Below the pieces are notes generated by a model. It was not told the origin of the DNA, ran no database searches, and saw only the letters and a program-made list of their open reading frames with translations. From a virus, in the UHGV virus genome UHGV-0224796: a stretch of 33,103 nucleotides of DNA; one strand, written 5' to 3'. Positions 24,346 through 33,103 of the stretch are shown here, one piece after another. The position numbers and the translations under genes were made by a program. Position 1 is the first letter of the stretch, and each line of letters opens with the position of its first letter.

Positions 24346-24605
24346 TGAAACGGAAAATCCGCTACATGGCGTATAGCGCCATATATACTGCCCGTATCCA
24401 CGCCAATGTGTTGTGTCGGTTAAGATTCCTGGCAATCAAGGCCATTGCAAAGCCGGAATACTGGCCGTTACATTACAAATGGTGCCCTACATGCAAATAT
24501 CGCTGTTTGCAGCGAGCGGGAATTTATGAGCGAGCACGCGATGCATTGGCAAAATACGGAATATACATTCCAGCATCGCCAACAGAAACGGAGATAAGGG
24601 AGTGA
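24342..24605 (+). CDS. Hypothetical protein
   Basis: RBS GAGGAGG; CPTC motif. Confidence 0.6.
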   Translation: MMKRKIRYMAYSAIYTARIHANVLCRLRFLAIKAIAKPEYWPLHYKWCPTCKYRCLQRAGIYERARDALAKYGIYIPASPTETEIRE

Positions 24606-24655
24606 TATTATGGCCGAGAGGCACTTTTGGGAATCAAGGAGGTGAAGGGGTAGAG

Positions 24656-24892
24656 ATGGCGAAATTTTTTATGGACGGAAAAGTCTATGATACCGAGCAA
24701 GCTGAGAAGGTATTCGCTTCACGTGGTTATGGATTTATGTTCGAACTGCCGGAAAATCTTGCAATTTATCACACGAAGGCAGGAAATTGGTTTTCCACGA
24801 AGGAAAGTCTCTTGGGGAAAATAAGCGCACAAATTGAAACAGAAGAAATCGAAACGTATGAACGTTTATTTGGGGAGGTAGAACGGGCATGA
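24656..24892 (+). CDS. Hypothetical phage protein
   Basis: DGKVYDTEQA motif common in small phage proteins. Confidence 0.6.
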   Translation: MAKFFMDGKVYDTEQAEKVFASRGYGFMFELPENLAIYHTKAGNWFSTKESLLGKISAQIETEEIETYERLFGEVERA

Positions 24893-25155
24893 CTAGAGAG
24901 AGTAATAGCTCTGCCAGCTTTGAACCTGGGGACTTTTGCTTGTACGCATTTGGCAAAGAAAACAAATCCAAAGCCGTGGTGGAAGTCGTAAAGGTATTGG
25001 ACGATCCACGTGGAGTGGCGCAAGTTAAATTTCACAGGGTTTTGGCGGATGATACCGGTAACGGCTTGTTCAACTATCTGCGCCGTACAGGCGATACGAT
25101 GAACGCCAGCTTTGAATATCTTAAAAAGTTGCCCCGAAAGCAGGTGAAAAAGTGA
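24889..25155 (+). CDS. Hypothetical protein
   Basis: RBS GGAGG; ATGA coupling. Confidence 0.6.
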   Translation: MTRESNSSASFEPGDFCLYAFGKENKSKAVVEVVKVLDDPRGVAQVKFHRVLADDTGNGLFNYLRRTGDTMNASFEYLKKLPRKQVKK

Positions 25156-25391
25156 CCGTCAAAGATGCCGAGAACATATCTTTCTGCCCTTATTGCGGGT
25201 CAGATGTTGGGTACTACACCAAGGATTATGCTCGTGGGATGATTAGATACTTCTATCGATTTGATGGCAGCGAAGCGGACAACAGCGGCATGTACAACCT
25301 GCTCAGTTATCGCAATGGTGCCTATGCTTATTGCGCAGTCTGCAACAAAAGGCTATTCAGGGCGGACAATCAGAGGGAGGGATGGGTTTGA
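25152..25391 (+). CDS. Zinc-ribbon-like hypothetical protein
   Basis: CPYC...CAVC. Confidence 0.6.
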   Translation: MTVKDAENISFCPYCGSDVGYYTKDYARGMIRYFYRFDGSEADNSGMYNLLSYRNGAYAYCAVCNKRLFRADNQREGWV

Positions 25392-25783
25392 CCGTCCGGG
25401 AAATGTCCCAACTGTATTACCTGAATCGGGAGATTGTGCAGTTGGAGCGGCAACTTGAAGAGCTGGAATGCCTGGCCGAGAGCACCGCACAGGTAATAAC
25501 TGGCATGCCCCACGGGGGCGGCACGTCGGACAAGGTTGGCCGCTATGCCGTGCGGATCGCCGACTTGCGGTCAATGATCGACGACCGCAAGGCTCGGTGT
25601 TGGGATGAGCTGCGCCGGCTGAACGCGTACATAGATGGCGTGGAGGACAGCTTGACAAGGCAGATATTGACCCTGCGGTATGTCAATGGGCTGAGCTGGC
25701 AGCAGGTTGCGAATAGTGTGGGCGGAGCCAATACCGAGTACAGCGTTAAGCATATTTGCTACCGATATCTTGCGAAGAACTGA
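25388..25783 (+). CDS. Late transcriptional activator (RinA/ArpU-like)
   Basis: TGMPHGGG and RQILTLRYVNGLSWQQVA sigma-region-4-like HTH; last gene before the terminase. Confidence 0.8.
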   Translation: MTVREMSQLYYLNREIVQLERQLEELECLAESTAQVITGMPHGGGTSDKVGRYAVRIADLRSMIDDRKARCWDELRRLNAYIDGVEDSLTRQILTLRYVNGLSWQQVANSVGGANTEYSVKHICYRYLAKN

Positions 25784-25906
25784 AACTTGGCTCAAATGGC
25801 ACGCCACGCTGTGATATCATACAGTTGATGAGATATGCTTAATCTCATTCATTCTTTTTTCCTTTCTCTCCCGCCTTCCCCCGGGGCGGCAATACCGGGG
25901 ACTATC

Positions 25907-25952
25907 GTGGGGCAACAGGTCGAGACCGGGTTCGAATCCCGGAGCCCCACCA
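25907..25952 (+). ncRNA. tRNA-like minihelix (acceptor-like stem plus T arm) in the late leader
   Basis: GTGGGGC/GCCCCAC stem enclosing CCGGG-TTCGAAT-CCCGG, ending ACCA; no D or anticodon arm. Confidence 0.45.
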
Positions 25953-26044
25953 AAAACCTTGATTGCCGAAAGGCTGACTTGCGCGGGGAAGAGCAACGCG
26001 AGGCTCCGCCGGAGGCCAGTATTCCGGCAACTAAACCAATACCA

Positions 26045-26080
26045 GCGGACTGCCTTTCCCCAGGCGGTTCGCTATTTTTG
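26045..26080 (+). terminator. Terminator-like hairpin before terS
   Basis: AGCGGACTGCCT...AGGCGGTTCGCT followed by ATTTTTG. Confidence 0.6.
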
Positions 26081-26118
26081 TACCGATATAAATTATAAAT
26101 GAGGTGGTGAGGTGGCGA

Positions 26119-26634
26119 ATGACCAAGAAACAGCAACTCTTTTGCGAAGAATACCTCATTGATTTAAATGCGACGCAGGCTGCAATTCGTGCAGGATACA
26201 AACCCGAGAGTGCGGGATCGGTGGGAAGTGAAAACCTGAAAAAACCTGAAATACGCGCGCGCATAGACAAAGCGATGGCGGAACGGTCAAAGCGCACCGG
26301 TGTAAATGCTGACCGCGTCGTCCGCGAGTTGGCCAGAGTTGCTTTTGTAAACGCCTCTGATGTGATTGATATGAACAAAGCGACGGTCATCGATGGAGCA
26401 TGTGCCGACGATACTGCGGCCATTTCCAGCGTTAAGGTCAAAAACATTCCGACGGATGACGGAGAAATCGTAGAGCGAGAAATCCGGCTGGCCGACAAGT
26501 TGAAGGCGTTGGAACTGCTGGGCAAGCACATCGGGATGTTTACCGATCGGGTTGAGGTGAAAGGCCAACTCGACACTGGCCAGAAGAAGCTTGACGACAT
26601 TTTGAGCCAGCTTCGGGGGAATGGCGGTGGATGA
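26119..26634 (+). CDS. terS: Terminase small subunit
   Basis: MTKKQQLFCEEYLIDLNATQAAIRAGY...DKLKALELLGKH. Confidence 0.95.
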   Translation: MTKKQQLFCEEYLIDLNATQAAIRAGYKPESAGSVGSENLKKPEIRARIDKAMAERSKRTGVNADRVVRELARVAFVNASDVIDMNKATVIDGACADDTAAISSVKVKNIPTDDGEIVEREIRLADKLKALELLGKHIGMFTDRVEVKGQLDTGQKKLDDILSQLRGNGGG

Positions 26635-27991
26635 CCGGCTGATCTTGTCGGATAAGTACCAGTCATTTCTGCGTTGCAATGCGCCAGTTGAATTTCTTGA
26701 AGGCACAACGGCAGCAGGAAAGACGACTGTCGGCCTGTTCAAGTTTATGCTGCGCGTGGCCGAGAGCCCGAAGAAGATCCACATCTTGGCCGGTCTTGAC
26801 CTAGGGACGATTGAAAAAAACATTATCAACAAAGACCTTGGCATCCTTGATGACTTTGGGAGCTTGGTCGAATACAATGCCGGCGGTAAGGGCAAAAACT
26901 CCCTCCCCCATCTGCTATTCCACCCATCATCTGGCGATAAGGTGATATATGTTCTCGGTTATGACAACAAAGCCCGCTGGAAAAAGGCGCTGGGCGGCCA
27001 GTACGGATGCCTGTATATTGACGAGATCAATATTGCGGACATGGAGTTTGTACGCGAAGCGTCGATGCGCTGTGATTACCTGCTCGCCACGCTGAACCCG
27101 GATGACCCTGGCCTGCCGGTATACGAGGAATACATCAACCATTCCAGACCGCTTCCGGAGTGGGAGGAAGAAACTCCAAAAGAAATTTTAGAAATGCTCA
27201 AAGAAGAACCAAAGCCCGGTTGGGTGCATTGGTTCTTTTCTTTTGCTCACAATTTAGGCCTACCGCCAGATAAGGTGCAGCAGATTATAAACAGCGTCCC
27301 CAAAGGAACAAAGCTCTACAAGAACAAAATCGAAGGTCTGCGGGGCCGGGCGACAGGGCTTGTTTTCAACTTGCAGCCGCATAATCTGATCACAGCAAAA
27401 TGGCTGTTAGAACAGATGCAGGCAGATAAAATCAAATTTATTCAAGCTTCCGCTGGTGTAGATACGTCGTATTCCCAGCAATCCGCAGATGCATTTGCGT
27501 TTGTTTTCTCCGGGATCACGGCCAATCGTCAGAAGATTACCTTGGCTGCGGAGATACATAACAATCGGGATCGCGTAACGGCATTGGCACCTAGCGATAT
27601 TCCGCCGCTGTTGATCGCATTTCTCGAAAAATACCGGGCGCTCTTCGGACTGTTCGCACGTAACGTCTTTATTGATTCTGCGGACGAGGCCACAATCATC
27701 GAATGCCAGAAATACAAGCGGCTGCACGGAAGCATCTATGACTTTGTGCCCGCGTGGAAAAAGACGAAGATTATTGACCGTATCAATCTGCAATCCGGAT
27801 GGATGGCGAGTGGGTATTTTCTACTGGTGGAGGACTACTGTAAGCCTGAGATTGACGAACTGAACACCTACAGTTGGAAGGAAGACAGGGATAACGAGCC
27901 GGAGGACGGCCACGATCATGCGATTAACGCCGATCAGTATTCGTGGCTGCCCTACAAAAACCGGATCGGGCGAGGAGGAACGCATCAATGA
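26621..27991 (+). CDS. terL: Terminase large subunit
   Basis: EGTTAAGKT, YIDEIN, TLNPD, GVD...D and DHAINADQY nuclease motifs. Confidence 0.95.
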   Translation: MAVDDRLILSDKYQSFLRCNAPVEFLEGTTAAGKTTVGLFKFMLRVAESPKKIHILAGLDLGTIEKNIINKDLGILDDFGSLVEYNAGGKGKNSLPHLLFHPSSGDKVIYVLGYDNKARWKKALGGQYGCLYIDEINIADMEFVREASMRCDYLLATLNPDDPGLPVYEEYINHSRPLPEWEEETPKEILEMLKEEPKPGWVHWFFSFAHNLGLPPDKVQQIINSVPKGTKLYKNKIEGLRGRATGLVFNLQPHNLITAKWLLEQMQADKIKFIQASAGVDTSYSQQSADAFAFVFSGITANRQKITLAAEIHNNRDRVTALAPSDIPPLLIAFLEKYRALFGLFARNVFIDSADEATIIECQKYKRLHGSIYDFVPAWKKTKIIDRINLQSGWMASGYFLLVEDYCKPEIDELNTYSWKEDRDNEPEDGHDHAINADQYSWLPYKNRIGRGGTHQ

Positions 27992-29505
27992 GTAAATTTG
28001 GGGAGAAGGTGAAAAGTATGCTTCGCAATTGGCTGCAAATTCAGCCCGCGGCGCAAAATAGCATTGTTCTTCAGGAACCGCTGAGCCATCAGGCTTCGGT
28101 GATTCGCAATCAAATCTGGTATCGCGGAGAGGCCGCAGAGCTGGAGCAGTTATATAAGCAGCTCGGCGCACAGGACGGCACGAACGCAGCGCGGTTTTGG
28201 GCAGCAGTTCCAAGCAACAACCTGAAGCTGCGAAAAATTCACAGTGGTCTTCCTGCAATCCTTGTGGATACGCTTGCCTATCTCGTTAAATCGGATATGG
28301 ACGACGTTGAGTTTAATCGGGACGCAGGTAAGCAAGCATGGGAGGATATCACGCAGGAGCTGGATTTTCAGGATGCGGTGGGTAAAGGCATTGCCGGCGC
28401 GCTGAAATCGGGAGACGGGGCCTGGAAAATCATGATCGACGATCCGAAGGATCCGGAAGCTTCCCCTTACCCCCACGTGGAGTTTTACGAAGCCGACCGT
28501 GTGGAATACATTCACAAAAACGGCCGGATCACAGGAATACGCTTTTGGACGACTTACCGGGAAAAACACCGGGAATACCGGCTCTGTGAAACCTACCGCA
28601 AAGGCAGTGTCAGCTATGCGCTATTCGAGGGCGAACACGAGGTATCGCTCGACTGTGTTCCAGAACTCGCAGGGTTGAAACCGGTCGAATTTGATGGCGG
28701 CTTCATAATGGCCGTACCGCTGAAGTTCTATGATAGCCCCAAGTTTTCCGGGCGGGGCAAGGCGATCTATGAGAGCAAGCTTGACGATTTCGACGCGCTT
28801 GATGAGGTTATCAGCCAATGGTGGGATGCGATCCGTGCGGGCCGTGTCAAGAAATACATTCCAAGAGATCTTGTTCCCACCGACCCTAAAACTGGCAAGA
28901 TAATGCGGATGAATGATTTCGGAAGCGAATATATTGTGACGGAATCTGCGTCCGGCGAAAATGACACAAGCAAAATCGAAATGGTCCAGCCGGAAATTCG
29001 GTATGAAGCGTTTTTGTCCTCCTATCTTGCCGCTCTTGATATGTGCCTCCAGGGTATTGTCTCACCGGCCACCTTGGGCATCGATGTGGGAAAAAGGAGC
29101 AGCGCAGAGGCACAGCGGGAAAAAAAGGACGTCACAGGCTATACGCGCAATACGATAACGGGCGTGCTCGAAAAGGTACTGCCGCAGCTCATCCGTGTAA
29201 TCCTGACGACTTATGATCTCATGCGAGGGGAGGCCCCTGGCGTTTATAATCCGTCTGTCGGGTTTGGAGAGTACGGCGCGCCGTCGTTTGACGCCCGCGT
29301 TGAGACGGTTAATCAAGCCGCTGCGGCCGCCACCATGAGCATCGAAACGCAGGTTGATCAGATGTGGGGTAACAGCAAAGACGCAGAATGGAAAGCCGCC
29401 GAGGTTGCCCGTATCAAAGCGCTGCGTGGAATCGAAGAACTTTCAGAACCGTCTATCGGCGGAGGGTTGCGGGATAAGTTGCCCACTGAGGCTGTGGTGG
29501 TATGA
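27988..29505 (+). CDS. Portal protein (SPP1/A118-like)
   Basis: About 505 aa after terL; RBS GAGGAGG; SPATLGID motif. Confidence 0.85.
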   Translation: MSKFGEKVKSMLRNWLQIQPAAQNSIVLQEPLSHQASVIRNQIWYRGEAAELEQLYKQLGAQDGTNAARFWAAVPSNNLKLRKIHSGLPAILVDTLAYLVKSDMDDVEFNRDAGKQAWEDITQELDFQDAVGKGIAGALKSGDGAWKIMIDDPKDPEASPYPHVEFYEADRVEYIHKNGRITGIRFWTTYREKHREYRLCETYRKGSVSYALFEGEHEVSLDCVPELAGLKPVEFDGGFIMAVPLKFYDSPKFSGRGKAIYESKLDDFDALDEVISQWWDAIRAGRVKKYIPRDLVPTDPKTGKIMRMNDFGSEYIVTESASGENDTSKIEMVQPEIRYEAFLSSYLAALDMCLQGIVSPATLGIDVGKRSSAEAQREKKDVTGYTRNTITGVLEKVLPQLIRVILTTYDLMRGEAPGVYNPSVGFGEYGAPSFDARVETVNQAAAAATMSIETQVDQMWGNSKDAEWKAAEVARIKALRGIEELSEPSIGGGLRDKLPTEAVVV

Positions 29506-30989
29506 CGTGGCAGCAGATCGCCCGGTTGTTTGAGGAAATGGAATTGCGGCTGATTGCATCTCTCGCTCGCAATCTTGCCGGGCACAAGGAGTGGGAACAA
29601 AATGAAAAGTTTCGCTGGCCTGCTTGGCAGGCACTCAAAATCCGCAATCTGGAGCAGTACCGCAAGCAAAACAAGGCCCTAATGGAAGAATACCGACCCG
29701 TAATCGACGAAGCTACAGAGCAGATGCTCCGTGAACAGTTTGATGAGGGTTGGGAGCAAACGCAGCAGGAACTGATTGAGATTGATCCGGAACGCGCGGA
29801 GCAGTCCATCCAAGACGATCATTTCTTTGGAGTGAATCACCGTCGCCTGAACTCCCTTATTGATGAAATCCAGACGACGGAATCCCGTGTGGAACGCGCC
29901 GCCCTACGCACGATGGAGGATGCTTACCGGCAAACGATTTCTCGCGTGGAATTGTCTATGTCAGCAGGGGCTATTACCCTGCCGCAGGCAATCGATATGG
30001 CGGTGAAGGGCTTTTTAGCGCAGGGGATTTACTGTGTGGAGTATAAAGACGGGCGGCGGGTCAACATTGCCGACTATGCGCAGATGGCCCTGCGCACCGC
30101 TGCAACCCGGTCTATGCTGTTGGGCGAAGCGCAGCGCCGGGCTGAATTCGGCGTGGATACGGTACTGGTCAGCCAGTACGGCGCCTGCTCAGAAACGTGC
30201 CTGCCCTGGCAGGGCAAGGTATACATTGATGATGTTTGGGGCGCGTGGGCAGGAGAGCGTAGCGGCGACCGGGGTTTGAGCAATGACGGCCATTGGTATA
30301 TGCTGCTCTCCGTTGCGGTCAATAAAGGGCTGTTCCACCCAAACTGTCGGCATACGCTGATGACATGGAGGCGCGGCGACCCGATCCCGCCGCCAATGGA
30401 TATGGATGGGGATAAAATCCGAAAAACCGCCGCCTTGGAGCAGCAACAGCGCGGACTGGAACGCGAGGTGCGCAAGTGGAAGCGTATGGCTGAAGGCACG
30501 CTCGACGAAGTCCAGAAGAAAGCGTGTCAGCAAAAGGCGCGGGATGCACAAAAAAACGTCCGGGAATTTATCGGGGAACATAAGGATGTGCTGCGTAGGG
30601 ACTACTGGCGTGAAAAAACATACGGAATACCGTTGGAAGATTCCCAAAAAGATGCTATACTGAATGCAGAGATCAAACGTGAATCTGGCATCCGCGGCGT
30701 GCTCCACTTAGATCCGGAGCCGCTAGAGATCGAAGCGTTGCAATTTGACGATAAACATATCAATTTACAGCGGAAGCACAATATTACGCAGGAACAGGCG
30801 CAGGAAATGATCAAAAATGCAAAGGCTTCCGTCACCGTTTGGAATGGCCGGTTTGAGCGATATTATTCCGATCAGGGCGTTATATATGTCGATCGGGAAA
30901 AGCAATCGATACGCACGGCGTTTGGGCCAGAGGAATTTGACGATAAGGTGAAAAAGATATTGGAGGCGTTAAAGCGGTATGGAAGATAA
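29502..30989 (+). CDS. Minor capsid (MuF-like) protein with C-terminal toxin-like extension
   Basis: CSETCLPWQG and LFHPNCRH core, LRRDYWREK end of core, then about 120 extra aa. Confidence 0.85.
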   Translation: MTWQQIARLFEEMELRLIASLARNLAGHKEWEQNEKFRWPAWQALKIRNLEQYRKQNKALMEEYRPVIDEATEQMLREQFDEGWEQTQQELIEIDPERAEQSIQDDHFFGVNHRRLNSLIDEIQTTESRVERAALRTMEDAYRQTISRVELSMSAGAITLPQAIDMAVKGFLAQGIYCVEYKDGRRVNIADYAQMALRTAATRSMLLGEAQRRAEFGVDTVLVSQYGACSETCLPWQGKVYIDDVWGAWAGERSGDRGLSNDGHWYMLLSVAVNKGLFHPNCRHTLMTWRRGDPIPPPMDMDGDKIRKTAALEQQQRGLEREVRKWKRMAEGTLDEVQKKACQQKARDAQKNVREFIGEHKDVLRRDYWREKTYGIPLEDSQKDAILNAEIKRESGIRGVLHLDPEPLEIEALQFDDKHINLQRKHNITQEQAQEMIKNAKASVTVWNGRFERYYSDQGVIYVDREKQSIRTAFGPEEFDDKVKKILEALKRYGR

Positions 30990-31155
30990 GGTGTTTTGCC
31001 CGCTGATGGGCGAAGAAATAGACGTTGCCATCTGCTTTGATATCTGTATGGTAGTGGATGACGGCGCGCCGCAGTGGACAGCTCCGCAGGAGGCCTTTAC
31101 TCCTGATGACTATGAGAAGATATGTTCCAAGTGTCCGAACCATAGAGACGATTAA
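30979..31155 (+). CDS. 58 aa acidic Cys-rich protein, probable immunity protein, not in ORF track
   Basis: Overlaps the muF stop; MEDKVFCPLMGEEIDVAICFDICMVVDD...ICSKCPNHRDD. Confidence 0.7.
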   Translation: MEDKVFCPLMGEEIDVAICFDICMVVDDGAPQWTAPQEAFTPDDYEKICSKCPNHRDD

Positions 31156-31162
31156 AACATGC

Positions 31163-31290
31163 TGAAATCAGGCAATTGAAGTAGAGATTGTGCTGCTACG
31201 CACCCTCTGAGTCAAAAGAAATGCGGGAAGGGGCACACCCGCCAATTGCCATTTCACGAGGGAAGCCTGCTAAAAGCGGACTTCCCTTGC
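31163..31290 (+). ncRNA. Candidate structured RNA (three-way junction plus hairpin)
   Basis: TGAAAT-ca-GGCAATTG / CAATTGCC-ATTTCA closes two inner hairpins; a further stem lies at 31259-31287. Confidence 0.4.
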
Positions 31291-31373
31291 TTTATGCCTT
31301 TATATGTTAAAATATCAAATCGCTTGCCATCCGGCAGGCGCTTTTTCATGTCCATTTGAAGGAGGTGAGGACA

Positions 31374-31412
31374 ATGCCAAAGCGCAAGGGAGGCGGGCGG
31401 AAGCCCTGCTAA
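31374..31412 (+). CDS. 12 aa basic peptide MPKRKGGGRKPC, not in ORF track
   Basis: Very strong RBS AAGGAGGTGA; flanked by two terminator-like hairpins. Confidence 0.45.
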   Translation: MPKRKGGGRKPC

Positions 31413-31516
31413 ATTTGCCCGCAGAAATGCGGGTCATTTTTATGCCCAAAACGTGCTGCAAGGCGTAAAACTCTGCAAGGATAACAGCCGACAGGCTATA
31501 AAAGGAGCGATATGCA

Positions 31517-32143
31517 ATGTTGAGAACCACCGTACAGAACAGCAAAACCTTTTTGAGGCCGCAGCTCCAGTTGTTTGCGGAACCGGCTCCCCAAGAGAAT
31601 CCCGACAAAAACCCGAACAACCAGATTCCGCCCCCGGCCGATCCTCCCGGTGGAGGGACAGAGCCCAATCTGCCAAAAACACAGGAGGAGCTTGACGCTC
31701 TGATCAACACGCGTCTAAAACGCGCAGAAAAGGACTGGCTCAAAAAGCAGAAGCAGGCCCAGCAGCCACCCGCTGCCCCTCCGTCAGCTTCTCACGCAGA
31801 GGGCGAGGGTGAGCCTGCCGAGGACAACAGCGCTGCCCTCCATCGGGAGATTGTCGAAACCCGCGCGCAGCTTGCCGCATACAAGGAGGGTGTAAAACCC
31901 GAAGCAGTGGAGGACGCAGTGCTGCTTGCCATGCATGCTGTCGAAAAATCGGGGGATGAACTCGACGAGGACGCCGTTGCAGAAGCGTTGAAGGAAGTCC
32001 TCAAGCGCCATCCCGAATGGAAAAAGCAGGACGACCAGAAGAACAATTCCGGCGGATTCCGGGTAGGAGCTGGAGGGAACGAAAATCAGCTAAAGACCGA
32101 TGACGATGCGCTCGCTGCGATCTTTGGCAACAACTTAAAATAG
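31517..32143 (+). CDS. Capsid scaffolding protein
   Basis: LQLFAE motif, Pro-rich linker, TQEELDALINTRLKR; directly before the capsid gene. Confidence 0.85.
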   Translation: MLRTTVQNSKTFLRPQLQLFAEPAPQENPDKNPNNQIPPPADPPGGGTEPNLPKTQEELDALINTRLKRAEKDWLKKQKQAQQPPAAPPSASHAEGEGEPAEDNSAALHREIVETRAQLAAYKEGVKPEAVEDAVLLAMHAVEKSGDELDEDAVAEALKEVLKRHPEWKKQDDQKNNSGGFRVGAGGNENQLKTDDDALAAIFGNNLK

Positions 32144-32158
32144 GAAGGATGATGACCA

Positions 32159-33052
32159 ATGGCTGTATACGATTACGCCGAAACCTTTGCGCGCCAGCTC
32201 GCGCAGAAGTATGCGCGGGAGCTGTGCTCCGATGCGCTTACCAAAAGCAATCCTGGCGTGCAGTTTATTAATGCACAGACAATCAAATTGCCTCGCATGT
32301 CCCTGAGCGGCTACAAGGACCATACCCGCACGCCCGGATTTAACGCTGGCACCATGTCAAACGACTGGGAGCCGAAAAAGCTCACCCACGACCGCGACGT
32401 GGAGTTTTACATCGACCCGATGGATATCGATGAGACGAACCTCGTCATGTCCGTCGCCAACATCCAGACGACTTTCGAAGAGGAACAGGCAATCCCAGAA
32501 AAGGATTCCTACCGATTCTCTAAGTTACATGCGGAGTTAAAACAGTACAGCGTAACCCCAGATTCCACCGAGATCACCACGCAAAACATCCTCGAAATGT
32601 TCGATGAGTATATGGCGAAGATGGATGAGGCCGGCGTGCCGACAGAGGGCCGCATCATTTACGCAACGCCTACTGTGCGCAAGATCATCAAGGAGGCCGA
32701 GGGCATCCAGCGTGTGATGAGTGTATCCTCTGCTGGCGGGATCAACCGCCAGGTGCACAGCCTGGATGACGTGCAGATCAAGATGGTTCCTGCGGCCCGC
32801 ATGAAGACAAAGTATGATTTCACGACCGGATGCGTCCCTGCGTCCGACGCGAAGCAGATTAATTTCATCCTCTTGCACCCGTCGGCGGTTATCTGCCGGG
32901 ATAAGTACAGCTATATCAAGCTCTTCACACCCGGGACGGATTCTCGCACAGCGGACGGCTACCTTTATCAGAACCGCAATTACGGGGATCTGTTTTTGAT
33001 TGAAAACAAGGCCTCTGGCGTCTCCATGAACGCGGAAGCCACAAGCGCGTAA
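32159..33052 (+). CDS. Major capsid protein
   Basis: LTHDRDVEFYIDPMDIDET, IPEKDSYRFSKL and YGDLFL motifs; 297 aa after the scaffold gene. Confidence 0.92.
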   Translation: MAVYDYAETFARQLAQKYARELCSDALTKSNPGVQFINAQTIKLPRMSLSGYKDHTRTPGFNAGTMSNDWEPKKLTHDRDVEFYIDPMDIDETNLVMSVANIQTTFEEEQAIPEKDSYRFSKLHAELKQYSVTPDSTEITTQNILEMFDEYMAKMDEAGVPTEGRIIYATPTVRKIIKEAEGIQRVMSVSSAGGINRQVHSLDDVQIKMVPAARMKTKYDFTTGCVPASDAKQINFILLHPSAVICRDKYSYIKLFTPGTDSRTADGYLYQNRNYGDLFLIENKASGVSMNAEATSA

Positions 33053-33064
33053 GGAGGGACTAAA

Positions 33065-33103
33065 ATGAAGGCAACAAAGGGAAACAAGGTCTATACGATC
33101 GAC
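33065..33103 (+). CDS. 5' part of gene continuing at base 1
   Basis: RBS AAGGAGG, ATG 33065, exactly 13 codons to the window end. Confidence 0.85.
   Translation, partial: MKATKGNKVYTID

Noticed and set aside
25907..25952. Functional tRNA, or tRNA/tmRNA-type attP
   Set aside because: No D or anticodon arm; sits in the late leader far from the lysogeny region with no integrase nearby.

Overview
This window appears to be the complete, circularly permuted genome (33,103 bp) of a Clostridia siphophage; the host glyA fragment suggests an Oscillospiraceae/Ruminococcaceae-like host. The ORF starting at 33065 continues in frame into base 1. Gene order on the circle: cro-like switch genes, early/recombination genes (PAPS-reductase-like, Sak4-like ATPase, SSB-like, ERCC4 nuclease), replication (initiator with iterons, primase-helicase), late activator, terminase, portal, minor capsid protein with a toxin-like C-terminus plus a probable immunity gene, scaffold, capsid, head-tail and tail genes, lysis cassette and AT-rich morons. 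A 3.3 kb accessory cassette interrupts the tail operon. No integrase and no intact repressor are visible. At about 16980 the 5' part of a host glyA gene is fused head-on to the first 26-27 codons of a CI-like repressor, so the lysogeny module looks deleted or left behind by aberrant excision. Several signals missed by the ORF track stand out: a fully equipped 10-codon peptide gene beside a 2-TM moron protein, two promoter-plus-terminator antisense sRNA units, a duplicated structured glyA leader, a tRNA-like minihelix in the late leader, and a structured RNA after the toxin-immunity pair. All product calls come from motif recognition and synteny; no database searches were run.
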